Under the pieces are notes generated by a model. That model was not told the origin of the DNA. It did not search any database and saw only the letters and a list, made by a program, of their open reading frames with translations. Shown in pieces: positions 11,581-19,974 of a stretch of DNA of 32,000 nucleotides; positions within the stretch are counted from its first letter, which is position 1, and each line of letters begins with the position of its first letter. This DNA is from Candidatus Iainarchaeum sp. (GTDB taxonomy: Archaea; Iainarchaeota; Iainarchaeia; Iainarchaeales; JACQJH01), in assembly GCA_016205145.1 (NCBI GenBank), contig JACQJH010000002.1:300001-332000 (forward strand), given 5' to 3'. The translations under genes and the position numbers were made by a program.

Positions 11581-14500
11581 TCAGACCTTTACGCGGATAA
11601 TCGCGCCTTTCTTTTTGAGGTAGTTGTCAACTATGAACAGTATTCCGAGTTCTAGTATCGCGGCCACTATTCCGAATAGTATGCCCAGAACCAGGTTCAC
11701 TGCCAGCGGCGCAACAAAGAACACCAGCGCAAGCAGTGTCCTTATCAGCAGGCGCTTGTTTTCCTCGCGCCTGGATACAACCTTGAGCTCGAACAGGCGC
11801 TTGAACACAACGAATGCGAGAACCGTGTCAATGATGCTGAGCAGCAGCAACAGCAGTGCAAGCATCGGCGCTTCCGTTGTGGCCCTGCCTAAAATGATTT
11901 TCGCGGAATCCGAAATCGTGCCCACAAAAGAGGATAACAGCGCGATGCCGCTGAATTTGGGCCTTGCAATGAGGTCGTCCTTTTTCACTACAAGGCTGTA
12001 CTCGCCCTCTTCCTTGACAATGAACCGGGCTTTTCCGTCAGCCGCGGTCGTGAAGGACAAAGACTGGCTGCTAGGCGAAACAACGCTGATTGAGGCGTCC
12101 TGCGCGGGCTGGCCTTTGACGAAAACCGTTATTTCCTGCGCCTCGCCCACGGGCACGGTATTCTTCAGGTCAACTGCCAGGCCCTCCGAAGCCGGAAGCT
12201 CGCCGCAATCCTTGTTTGACAGGCACTCGGCTTCGCCGAAACCGTTAACCAGAACGCATGCGTTTTGCTGGCAGGCCGCATGCTTTCCCTCGCATTCCGA
12301 GTCGGAAGAACACAAATCGTCGCCTATGCCTGCGGCCAAAATGCACGCATTGTTGCTGCAGACCGTGTGCGAGCCTTCCGAGCACTGCACGCTTGCGGAG
12401 CAGGACAGGCCGTCGGTATCAAAGTTGCTTACGCCGTCCCAGTTTGCCGGCGCAGGCAGAACGCAGTTGTTGGAGAGGCACATGCCGAACTTTTTGGCAC
12501 AGCCCTCGTCGACCTGGCCGTTGCCGTTGTTGTCAACGCCGTCGCCGCAGATTTCGCCATTGTCCGCGATCACGCGTTCAAAGGAATTGTTGTTCTCGTT
12601 CAACTCCGCGACCTGGTTGTCCTTGTCAACAGTTATCAGCAGGATATGGGAATCCTCGAACTCGGGCGCCGCCTGGAACTGAATCACGCCGGAGAAATGC
12701 GCGGTTCCGTCATTCTGCCCGCCAGGAACCTCGACCGCTTCGGAGCCATAAATGCTTCCCAGGCCGTTGCCATAACCGCCATCATTGCCGCCGTCGCCCT
12801 GTGAACCCGCGCCCCAGCCAGCCCCCCAGCCGTTGCCTCCACCGCTCACAATGCGATTGCCGGAACCGGAAGTGTTGGTAGGGCCAACATTCAAAGCGCC
12901 GGACGCAGTGGCGTTACCGGGACCACCATTTTCGTTTGCAGGCCTGCATTCGCTGTTAGACCATTCGCCGCCTTGGGCTACGCACGCGGCTTTTTTGGCC
13001 TTCTTTTCCGGCGTTATCTCGTTTCTGAAATCGTCGCTTGTAAGAGTAATCTTTTCAAATCTTACCTCGGCATTCGGATCGGAAAGCTTTGTCCTCTCGT
13101 TGCCGGAAACCTTACGCTCTGTTACCACCCTTGGATTGAACTCACGCCTGTCAGTGTACAACCCGTTCGAGAAATCCGAAGTTATGGGCTTGCCATTATT
13201 TTTCACGGCAAACTCGACTGAGGCAGAAATTATTTTTCCATCCTCGAATTGCACATTGGTGACTTTTACATCGGAAATGAAGAGGTCGGGCGCATTCTCA
13301 GGCGCGCCGCAATCCGTGTCGGAAACGCAGGTCGCAGGCCCGGCGCCGTCAACCATGACACAGGCCTTTGTGACCACATCGCATGCCGCATGCTTGTTCA
13401 CGCATTGGCTGTCGGCGGAGCACTGGTTCACGCCGGGGCCTATGCCTATCTGGCACGAGTCGTTGCTGCACACCGAATGCGTGTTGCTTGAACAATCGTC
13501 ATTGGAATGGCAGGTCGCAGGCCCGGCGCCGTCAACCAGAACGCATGCCTGGTTGACGCATGCGGCATGCTTGTCCGTGCAATCATTGTTAGCGGAGCAC
13601 TGGTTTGCGCCAGGGCCGAAAACCTGGACGCATGCATTGTTTGAGCAAACCGCATGTTTTTCCGTGGGGTCAGCGCACTGGGGATTCGACAGGCATTCGG
13701 CTTCGCCGGAACCATCAACCAAAACGCACGCGTTGCCCTGGCACGAGGCGTGCTTGCCCGTGCATTCGGCCCCGGAATCGCACTGGTTTCCGTCTTCGCC
13801 GATGACCCTGATGCAGGCATCATTGCTGCACACCGAATGCGAGTTTGAAGTGCAGGAGGAGTTTTGCATGCAAAGCTGGCCTTCTCCGGCAAGCTGGCAG
13901 GCGCTGAAGTCCGCGCTGCACCTTCCGACAGGAGCGGGCCCGCAGTCAGTGTCAGAATAGCATTCCGAAATGCCGGTGCCGGGAACAAGCGTGCAGGCAT
14001 TGTTTTCACAGACTTGCTTCTTGCCTGTGCAGTCGGCGTCCCTGCTGCAAAGGTCTTCGCCTTCACCCGCAGCGACAATGCAGGCAGAATTCTGGCAGGC
14101 AAGGTGGGTCACGTCGACCTCGCAGGAAGCATTCGTTATGCAGGATGCGCCGGTGCCGCCGGCAACGCATGCTTTGGAATCCGGGTCGCATTTTGCGCCC
14201 GCGCACGCGTTGTTTGATTCGCAGTCGGAGTCCGCGCAGTCAATCCTGCCGTCTGCATCGTCGTCAACGCCGTTCGTGCACTTTTCCTGCACAACGCAGA
14301 CATTGCCGCCGGCGGACCTTTCAAACACAATCTGCCCCGTGTTGTCCGTTTCAAGCAACTCGGATATTTTTTGCGTGTAGTCCGCGAAAACGCTGAAAAT
14401 CGTCCTTGACACAACCGAGTTTGCGGCAACGCTGAACGAAATGCTGCCGGAGTTCGCAACGCATTTGCCGATGCAGCACAGGCCTGCGTTGCTTGACTGC

Positions 14501-16188
14501 ACGGGCGTGCCGTCGCAGTTCTGCTTCGCGGAGCAGATTGTGCCGCCCTGCGTGGCGCACGGGTCAGGCAAAACCTTGACATTGATTTTAAGGAAATCCG
14601 CCAAAGAAGGGTCCTTGTCGGATTTGGATGCCACGAGATACGAATAATAGCCTGCCTTGCCGGGTGCCTTCACATTGACTGAAACACTTGAGTCCGATGC
14701 ATATGCGCCGCACGTCGCGGCGGCCAGGGAAACGTTCGCCGAGGAAATCGAAAGATTCGGCGCGGAAGCGCTGAGCGAAAAGGACTGCGCGTCGAACGAC
14801 GGGTTCGTAAGCAGCAATGGCACTGCCTGCCCCGCATTCCTTGCCATGGTCAAAAAGACCTCTTTAGAATTGTTGGAGGAAATTATTTTCGGAATTGGAA
14901 GGGCCATTGCACTCTTTGAAAAAGAATTCTGCAGGTAGCCGGTCATCTGCGGGCCCCTTACCGGCCAGTCGTATTTTGCGGAATCAAATTCAGCTGAAGC
15001 CACAATTGAAGTGGTGAAAAACAGGTCGGTTGTTGAAGGTTCGACAAACTGCACCGTCGTTTCCTGGCCTTTGGGCAGGGAAACGCTTTTTGTCCGCACC
15101 GCATTCATTGCGCCGCCCTTGAAGAAGTAAAGCTTTACCAGCAGGGGGAATGATTCAGTGAAATCCATGTCGCCGGTGTTCTTCACTTTGACGTTGAAAG
15201 TGAAGGGTTTGCCGGTGACGTACCAGAAATTGTCGGTTGGATGGGCCGCCACGATTATTGCAAAAGGCCCGCTTTTGACAGGAAAACCCTGGTTGCCGGC
15301 ATAATAAACCGTGTTCTGCACCGGCAATTGAGTCGTGCAATCCTCGAAATATTCTAAATGCATGTCATACAGTCTCACTGTGCCCGGATTCTTTGCAACG
15401 AAATTTTCAGTGAAAGCCTTTGACTCATCAGGCTGGAGGGAAAAAAACTGCGACGGGTGGCCTTCAACAAAAGCCGCGTTTGTCTCAACGTCGAAATATG
15501 CGCTCGGAGTCCTTTTGATGCAGACCGGCATGTTGCCATTGTTCTTGTAGCTCATGGTGTATGAAACATTGCTTCCCAAATTGAGCGGGCTACCGGCGGC
15601 TACAACGCTGCCTCCGGAGGAAACAACCATGTTTTTTTGAATCAGGGCGTATTCCGCGCCCTGCGTCGTGGTGTTATAGCACAGATTTGCGCCAACCGCG
15701 CCGTTGTTGTTGCCGCTGAAAGAAGCATAGCTTATGGCCTTAATGGTCTTCGGATTCATCGAGGGCGCAAAATATTTTGAATAGACAATCGTGCATTCGA
15801 ACGAATAGGTTTTAGTTTCAGCCGCGCAGAAGCGCTGGTTGGGAATGTCGCGCGTGTTTGGCTTCGAACAGTCAAGCAACAACGGGCCCGGCGACCCCCA
15901 TGTAAAATAAATCCTCGCGTTTGCGGTGGGATCCGAACCAATGTTCTGGACCGTTTCATCAATCCTCACGCGCGTGTTTTCGCCTATTGCAAAACCAGAC
16001 GGGCACAATGCCTTTCCCTGGCTTGGATTGCTTATGTCCGACAAGACAGTGCCGGCGAACGGCCCGTCCAAGGCGGTCATTTTGAGACCCAATATTTTCA
16101 TTTGGGGGTCTGCAAAGGCAGTGCCCGCCATGAAAAGCGCGAATAAAAGGAACGATGCCATTGCAGCCTGCCCGCGATTCCAAGCCAT
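11581..16188 (-). CDS. Giant secreted, C-terminally membrane-anchored cysteine-rich surface protein (1535 aa): CARDB-like domains, H-C4 repeat arrays, acidic DGxD motifs
   Basis: The signal peptide is MAWNRGQAAMASFLLFALFMAGTAFA|DPQ. The N-terminal ~630 aa is beta-rich with CARDB-like strands (VQNIGSD, YKNNGNM, VKNTGDM). About 10 H-C4 units span aa 664-960 and 2-3 more span aa 1236-1327. A CARDB-like domain (aa 966-1209) carries a Gly/Asn-rich insert. A Big/CarboxypepD_reg-like domain is followed by 3 predicted C-terminal TM helices. The ATG shares one nt with the upstream stop (TGATG). Confidence 0.9.
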   Translation of the reverse strand: MAWNRGQAAMASFLLFALFMAGTAFADPQMKILGLKMTALDGPFAGTVLSDISNPSQGKALCPSGFAIGENTRVRIDETVQNIGSDPTANARIYFTWGSPGPLLLDCSKPNTRDIPNQRFCAAETKTYSFECTIVYSKYFAPSMNPKTIKAISYASFSGNNNGAVGANLCYNTTTQGAEYALIQKNMVVSSGGSVVAAGSPLNLGSNVSYTMSYKNNGNMPVCIKRTPSAYFDVETNAAFVEGHPSQFFSLQPDESKAFTENFVAKNPGTVRLYDMHLEYFEDCTTQLPVQNTVYYAGNQGFPVKSGPFAIIVAAHPTDNFWYVTGKPFTFNVKVKNTGDMDFTESFPLLVKLYFFKGGAMNAVRTKSVSLPKGQETTVQFVEPSTTDLFFTTSIVASAEFDSAKYDWPVRGPQMTGYLQNSFSKSAMALPIPKIISSNNSKEVFLTMARNAGQAVPLLLTNPSFDAQSFSLSASAPNLSISSANVSLAAATCGAYASDSSVSVNVKAPGKAGYYSYLVASKSDKDPSLADFLKINVKVLPDPCATQGGTICSAKQNCDGTPVQSSNAGLCCIGKCVANSGSISFSVAANSVVSRTIFSVFADYTQKISELLETDNTGQIVFERSAGGNVCVVQEKCTNGVDDDADGRIDCADSDCESNNACAGAKCDPDSKACVAGGTGASCITNASCEVDVTHLACQNSACIVAAGEGEDLCSRDADCTGKKQVCENNACTLVPGTGISECYSDTDCGPAPVGRCSADFSACQLAGEGQLCMQNSSCTSNSHSVCSNDACIRVIGEDGNQCDSGAECTGKHASCQGNACVLVDGSGEAECLSNPQCADPTEKHAVCSNNACVQVFGPGANQCSANNDCTDKHAACVNQACVLVDGAGPATCHSNDDCSSNTHSVCSNDSCQIGIGPGVNQCSADSQCVNKHAACDVVTKACVMVDGAGPATCVSDTDCGAPENAPDLFISDVKVTNVQFEDGKIISASVEFAVKNNGKPITSDFSNGLYTDRREFNPRVVTERKVSGNERTKLSDPNAEVRFEKITLTSDDFRNEITPEKKAKKAACVAQGGEWSNSECRPANENGGPGNATASGALNVGPTNTSGSGNRIVSGGGNGWGAGWGAGSQGDGGNDGGYGNGLGSIYGSEAVEVPGGQNDGTAHFSGVIQFQAAPEFEDSHILLITVDKDNQVAELNENNNSFERVIADNGEICGDGVDNNGNGQVDEGCAKKFGMCLSNNCVLPAPANWDGVSNFDTDGLSCSASVQCSEGSHTVCSNNACILAAGIGDDLCSSDSECEGKHAACQQNACVLVNGFGEAECLSNKDCGELPASEGLAVDLKNTVPVGEAQEITVFVKGQPAQDASISVVSPSSQSLSFTTAADGKARFIVKEEGEYSLVVKKDDLIARPKFSGIALLSSFVGTISDSAKIILGRATTEAPMLALLLLLLSIIDTVLAFVVFKRLFELKVVSRREENKRLLIRTLLALVFFVAPLAVNLVLGILFGIVAAILELGILFIVDNYLKKKGAIIRVKV
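12208..12549 (-). repeat. Second H-C4 repeat block plus DGVDNNGNGQVDEGC motif within the 1535-aa gene
   Basis: aa 1214-1327: ICGDGVDNNGNGQVDEGC, then the units HTVCSNNACILAAGIGDDLCSSDSECEGK and HAACQQNACVLVNGFGEAECLSNKDC. Confidence 0.8.
13309..14280 (-). repeat. Tandem array of about 10 H-x2-C-x4-C-x10-C-x5-C units (~30 aa each, A/B alternating) within the 1535-aa gene
   Basis: aa 637-960. At the DNA level there is a 183-nt periodicity, with a 28-nt exact identity at 13328-13355 and 13511-13538. Confidence 0.85.
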
Positions 16189-18845
16189 CAGTTTCCGCCT
16201 CCGACTTTCAACTGCTTCGCCTGCTCTGGCGGACCGACAACGTCGCCGCGGTACAATCCCACGTCAACAAGCTGTTTTAGAACAGTCCTGCCGGCATTCG
16301 TTATCGTCGCGGTAATGGAAATGTTTTCATTCAGCGCATAGCACGTCCTTGGAGTGGAAGCCTTTGCAAGCAGGTCAGGCAGATCCGAAACATCAAGGCT
16401 TGCTTCATGCGAATTGTTGTATTCGTTGTTCTCTTCAATCGCCTTCGGCGCATCCGCCACAACCGAAACAATGACTGTGCCGAACCAGCTTGAAGTGTTC
16501 ACTTCAAACCTCATGATTTTCTGTTCGCCCGGCGTCAGGGAAACGAATGCCTCGGACAGCATTGAACCGAAGCCGCTTTGCCCTTCGAACAAAACCACGC
16601 CAACGTTCTTTGCAGTGTCGGAACCGAGGTTTTTCACTGCGGCTTCAAGCGTCACCGTTGAATTCGATGGCACTGAAATCCTGCCGCTCACGGCCGGGAA
16701 ATCCGGGGCATAAATGCTTGTCACGGTCAGGTCGGCGCATTCGTCTGTAACGCCGTCCTGGTCGTCGTCAACGCCGTTGCCGCAGATTTCCTTGAAAACA
16801 ACGTTATTGCAGCCTTCGTCGACCTCGCCGTTGCCGTTGTTGTCGACTCCGTCGTCGCAAATTTCCGACAGGCAATCGGCAGAGCACGCCTCGCCAATGT
16901 TGCAGACGCCGTCGCCGCAGACCGGGACAGGGCAATCATCATTGACCACGCACTCGGGCGGCCCGGGACCCGCGGCAAGCGCGCAAGCGCCGCTCACGCA
17001 CGCGGCGTGCTTCTTAATACAGTCGTTGTCAATAAAACACTGGTCTTCGCCAGGTCCTGCGGCTACAACGCACGCTTTATTGCCGCAAATAAAATGCGTG
17101 TCGCCCAGGCAGCCGGTTGCCGTGCTGCAAAGCTCGCCGTTTCCCGAGGTCGTGCACGCGCCCTGCGGATCGCATTTGCCGATCTGCACGGGATTGCACT
17201 GGCTGTCGGAAATGCATTTGGGTTCACCGGCGCCGCTGACGAGCTTGCACGCGTTGTTGACGCATTCCGTGTGGGTCTCAATGCAGTCGTTGTCAGAACC
17301 GCACAAGTCCGGACCGGGACCGGCCGCCTGGACACAAGTGCTGGGGCTTGTCGGACTGCACACCGCATGGGTTTCCGGGGGGTTGCACTGCAGGTTTATA
17401 TGGCATTTTGCGGGCCCCGCGCCGTCGGCAAGCGCGCAGGCTCCGCCAATGCAATCCGCATGCTTTGCGGTGCAGTCGGCGTTCGAAGAGCACTGGTTTA
17501 CGCCTTCACCGTCAACCTGAACGCACGCGCCGGAATCGCAAATTGCATGTTTGGGCACAACGCATTGTTCGTCGCCAAAGCAGGTCGAATCGCCTTTTCC
17601 GTCGACAAGCGCGCACGCATTGTTCTGGCACTCCATGTGCTTGTTCTTGCATTCTAAATCGGATGAGCACTTGTTCCCGCCGGTTCCCGCGACCTGCACG
17701 CAAGCATCATCAAGGCACACCGCGTGCGTTTCAGAACTGCGGCACTGTTCGCTGTTCTGGCATCTCGGATAGCCGGGCGCGCTTACAAGCACGCAGGCAT
17801 TCCCGACGCAACCCGAATAGACTCCCGGGCCGCACGTCGAATTGGAAGAACAAAGGCTGTCATCCGAACCGGAAACTGACAGGCACGCCTCGCTCTGACA
17901 TATCGCGTGATCCGCGGGTTTGCACTGCGCGTCAACCTGGCAGGTCGATGGACCGGGGCCGTCGACAAGCTCGCATGCATCGTTCACGCAGGCCATGTGC
18001 TTCTTTTTGCAGATTGGCGGGTTCGACGAGCATTCGTCGTCACCGGTTCCGAAAACCGGTATGCAAGCATCCCTGCTGCATGTGGAATGCATGGGCAGGA
18101 TGCACGAACTTCCGGGAGTGCAGAGCACGTTGCCCTCGCCTGACAGGGAACAGGTCTGTGTCACGTAGTCGCAGGTGTACTCAACGGGCTTGCATTCGTT
18201 GTCGGAAAGGCACTTTGCGGGTCCCGTGCCATCAACCAGAGAGCACGTTTGGTTCACGCATTCGGCGTGCTTGCCCTTGCACTGGGCATCGGAAGTGCAC
18301 TGCCATGGCGGGCCCGGTCCCGCGACAATCTCGCACTTGTCATCGGAGCAAACGGAATGGGTTGTGGGAATATCGCATTCCTCTGCCTTGCTGCAAAGCG
18401 CGCCCGTTCCCGTTGTCGAACAGGCTTTATTCTCAGCATCGCATCGTCCTGTCGCGCACGGCGGCAATTGTGCCGCCGCGGCCTCCGACTGGGCGCTTTC
18501 CCTGCCAAGCGAATCGACCGCGGACACATAATATGCATAGGAACCGCCCGCCTTGACATCCGTATCAATGAAGGAAGTTCCGGAAACCATTGACGCAATC
18601 TTGACCAGCGGCCCTTCCGCCACGGCCTTGTAAACGTTGAATGAAAGGCTTCCCGTAATGGCTCGTCCGCTGACGGTTTCCGTGGGCGCGGCCCAGAGAA
18701 CTTCAACCGCCTTTGCTTCCCCGCAAAGGAAACCATAGTATGGCGGGCCCGCATCCGGGTTCACCGGTGCCAGCACGGACGGCAGAAGCGCAAGCAAAGC
18801 GAAAAGCGCAAAAACCGCGCGCGCGTCATGGAAAACGGATTTCAT
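16188..18845 (-). CDS. Secreted cysteine-rich protein (885 aa): FN3-like domain, ~17 H-C4 units, acidic DGxD motifs, two CARDB-like domains
   Basis: The signal peptide is MKSVFHDARAVFALFALLALLPSVLA. The FN3-like segment is VEVLWAAPTE...FNVYKA...SFIDTDVKAGGSYAYYVSAVDSLGRES. H-C4 units span aa 130-637. VCGDGVCNIGEACSADC, ICDDGVDNNGNGEVDEGC and ICGNGVDDDQDGVTDEC follow. The CARDB-like domains begin at DLTVTSIYAP... and at DLPDLLAK.... No TM anchor is present. Confidence 0.9.
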   Translation of the reverse strand: MKSVFHDARAVFALFALLALLPSVLAPVNPDAGPPYYGFLCGEAKAVEVLWAAPTETVSGRAITGSLSFNVYKAVAEGPLVKIASMVSGTSFIDTDVKAGGSYAYYVSAVDSLGRESAQSEAAAAQLPPCATGRCDAENKACSTTGTGALCSKAEECDIPTTHSVCSDDKCEIVAGPGPPWQCTSDAQCKGKHAECVNQTCSLVDGTGPAKCLSDNECKPVEYTCDYVTQTCSLSGEGNVLCTPGSSCILPMHSTCSRDACIPVFGTGDDECSSNPPICKKKHMACVNDACELVDGPGPSTCQVDAQCKPADHAICQSEACLSVSGSDDSLCSSNSTCGPGVYSGCVGNACVLVSAPGYPRCQNSEQCRSSETHAVCLDDACVQVAGTGGNKCSSDLECKNKHMECQNNACALVDGKGDSTCFGDEQCVVPKHAICDSGACVQVDGEGVNQCSSNADCTAKHADCIGGACALADGAGPAKCHINLQCNPPETHAVCSPTSPSTCVQAAGPGPDLCGSDNDCIETHTECVNNACKLVSGAGEPKCISDSQCNPVQIGKCDPQGACTTSGNGELCSTATGCLGDTHFICGNKACVVAAGPGEDQCFIDNDCIKKHAACVSGACALAAGPGPPECVVNDDCPVPVCGDGVCNIGEACSADCLSEICDDGVDNNGNGEVDEGCNNVVFKEICGNGVDDDQDGVTDECADLTVTSIYAPDFPAVSGRISVPSNSTVTLEAAVKNLGSDTAKNVGVVLFEGQSGFGSMLSEAFVSLTPGEQKIMRFEVNTSSWFGTVIVSVVADAPKAIEENNEYNNSHEASLDVSDLPDLLAKASTPRTCYALNENISITATITNAGRTVLKQLVDVGLYRGDVVGPPEQAKQLKVGGGN
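16737..18458 (-). repeat. Tandem array of ~17 H-C4 units plus terminal acidic Cys motifs within the 885-aa gene
   Basis: aa 130-703. 13 of the 16 clear units start with H-x2-C. A-type units (..C.QV.G.G.NQC..) alternate with B-type units (..AC.LVDG.GP..C..). Confidence 0.85.
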
Positions 18846-18854
18846 CCTGAAACC

Positions 18855-19928
18855 TTACTTTTTCTTTGTCGAAATAATGTCGTTAATCGTGCAGCCGCCG
18901 TACCTTTGCGCAATGCACGCGTTGTTGTAAACCTTGAGCTTGCAGAAAACCGGTGCGAAACCCGCAGAACAGCCCGTTTCGCCGATCTGGGCAGCTACAG
19001 ACTGCTGGACCGGCCTTGTCTTGCCGCCGGCTTTCACAAGCGTTTCAAGCTCGAACCTGTAAAGGCCCAGTTGTTTGGAATCAAATGTGAAAGTGAAATT
19101 GTCGGATACCGGTGCAGCCTCGGTCTTGCCGTCCGGCAGGGTAACTTTCACGTTAAAGCCTTCAATGTCGCTGGCTGCCCTTGGGTCGGCTTCGCCAAGA
19201 AGCGGCCCGTAAGCGCCGACTTCGCTGAAGCCGGATGCAATGCAGCCGTTCTGGAGAATGACTTTCTTGAACAATGTGCAGGAGTCGGTTGAACCGCCCG
19301 CGCATTCCACAACGTTTGCATTCAAAGTGTCCTTCGGGGCCTCGGCAGCGGAACCCATGACTACAGCAGAGTATTTTCCGTTGATTTTGTAGAGGCCATT
19401 GGGCAAAGTCGAATAATACAGGTTTTGGGAAGCGGAATAATTGCACTTGCCGCCGAAATCCTCGAGAATCACGCCGGTCGGCGCCAATGCCGAATGCTTT
19501 GATTCTTCTGAAGTGGTGCAGGAAAGCCTGCCGCCGAAATCATAGCAGACGACACCCGCCACGCCCGCAAACACAAAGCCCTTGCCTGTAAGTTTTCCTT
19601 TCTGGCCCTGCTCCGCTCCAACAAGGATTGAGCCGCTGAAACTGCCGCAGCCGTTCTCGCAGGTCGAACTCCCGTCAGGGTTTGTTTTCTTGCCGTTGCA
19701 GAACATGCCTGCGGCCTCGCATTCGTTCGGCGGGGGATTTTCCTTGCATGTCACGCTGCAGGACTGCTCGTATTTCGCGCAATAGTCGCCGCCGTAACTG
19801 CCGGAAACGACTTGCGTGCATTGCGTTGTGCATTCAGTCTTGCATTCCCCGGTGCCCTGCGCTGAAACAGCGAAAAAAAGCGCGCCGAAAAAGCCTATTG
19901 TCAAAGCCAAAGCCAGTGTCCTTTTCAT
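18855..19928 (-). CDS. Secreted hypothetical protein with Cys-rich N-terminal region (357 aa)
   Basis: The signal peptide is MKRTLALALTIGFFGALFFAVSAQG. A Cys cluster follows (ECKTECTTQCTQ...CAKYEQSCSVTCKENPPPNECEAAGMFCNG...CENGC), then a beta-rich body. A 9-nt gap separates it from the next gene. No family is recognised. Confidence 0.85.
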   Translation of the reverse strand: MKRTLALALTIGFFGALFFAVSAQGTGECKTECTTQCTQVVSGSYGGDYCAKYEQSCSVTCKENPPPNECEAAGMFCNGKKTNPDGSSTCENGCGSFSGSILVGAEQGQKGKLTGKGFVFAGVAGVVCYDFGGRLSCTTSEESKHSALAPTGVILEDFGGKCNYSASQNLYYSTLPNGLYKINGKYSAVVMGSAAEAPKDTLNANVVECAGGSTDSCTLFKKVILQNGCIASGFSEVGAYGPLLGEADPRAASDIEGFNVKVTLPDGKTEAAPVSDNFTFTFDSKQLGLYRFELETLVKAGGKTRPVQQSVAAQIGETGCSAGFAPVFCKLKVYNNACIAQRYGGCTINDIISTKKK

Positions 19929-19974
19929 AAAGCCAACTCCAATTGTCCATTACATCGGATAAGCATTAAAAACC

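Noticed and set aside
12751-12936. Gly/Asn-rich tract (…GGGNGWGAGWGAGSQGDGGNDGGYGNG…) as a separate feature or frameshifted junk
   Set aside because: The tract is in frame and flanked by the two halves of a CARDB-like domain, so it is most simply a low-complexity flexible insert. Nothing indicates an independent element.
11624-14647. Plus- and minus-strand alternative-frame ORFs over the 1535-aa gene (11624-12682 at 352 aa, 12785-13960 at 391 aa, 13446-14102(-) at 218 aa, and others)
   Set aside because: The reasoning is the same: mutually overlapping, compositionally biased (Ser/Pro/Arg/Ala), no start context, and fully contained in a much longer and better-supported ORF.
16242-16250. RGD tripeptide near the C-terminus of the 885-aa protein as an integrin-type adhesion motif
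   Set aside because: A tripeptide is expected by chance in a protein this long, and there is no supporting context.
16737-18458. Cys/His-rich repeats as multihaem cytochrome
   Set aside because: No CxxCH haem-binding motif occurs in any of the six operon proteins. The Cys spacing is x4/x10/x5, not x2.
16354-18593. Long plus-strand ORFs antisense to the 885-aa gene (for example 17348-18556 at 402 aa, 16714-17520 at 268 aa, 17007-17657 at 216 aa)
   Set aside because: These are shadow ORFs created by the GC-rich Cys/Ala/Gly codon repeats on the other strand. Their translations are Arg/Ser/Pro-rich low-complexity strings, they overlap each other in several frames, and they lack promoters. The minus-strand frame gives a coherent signal peptide and domain architecture.
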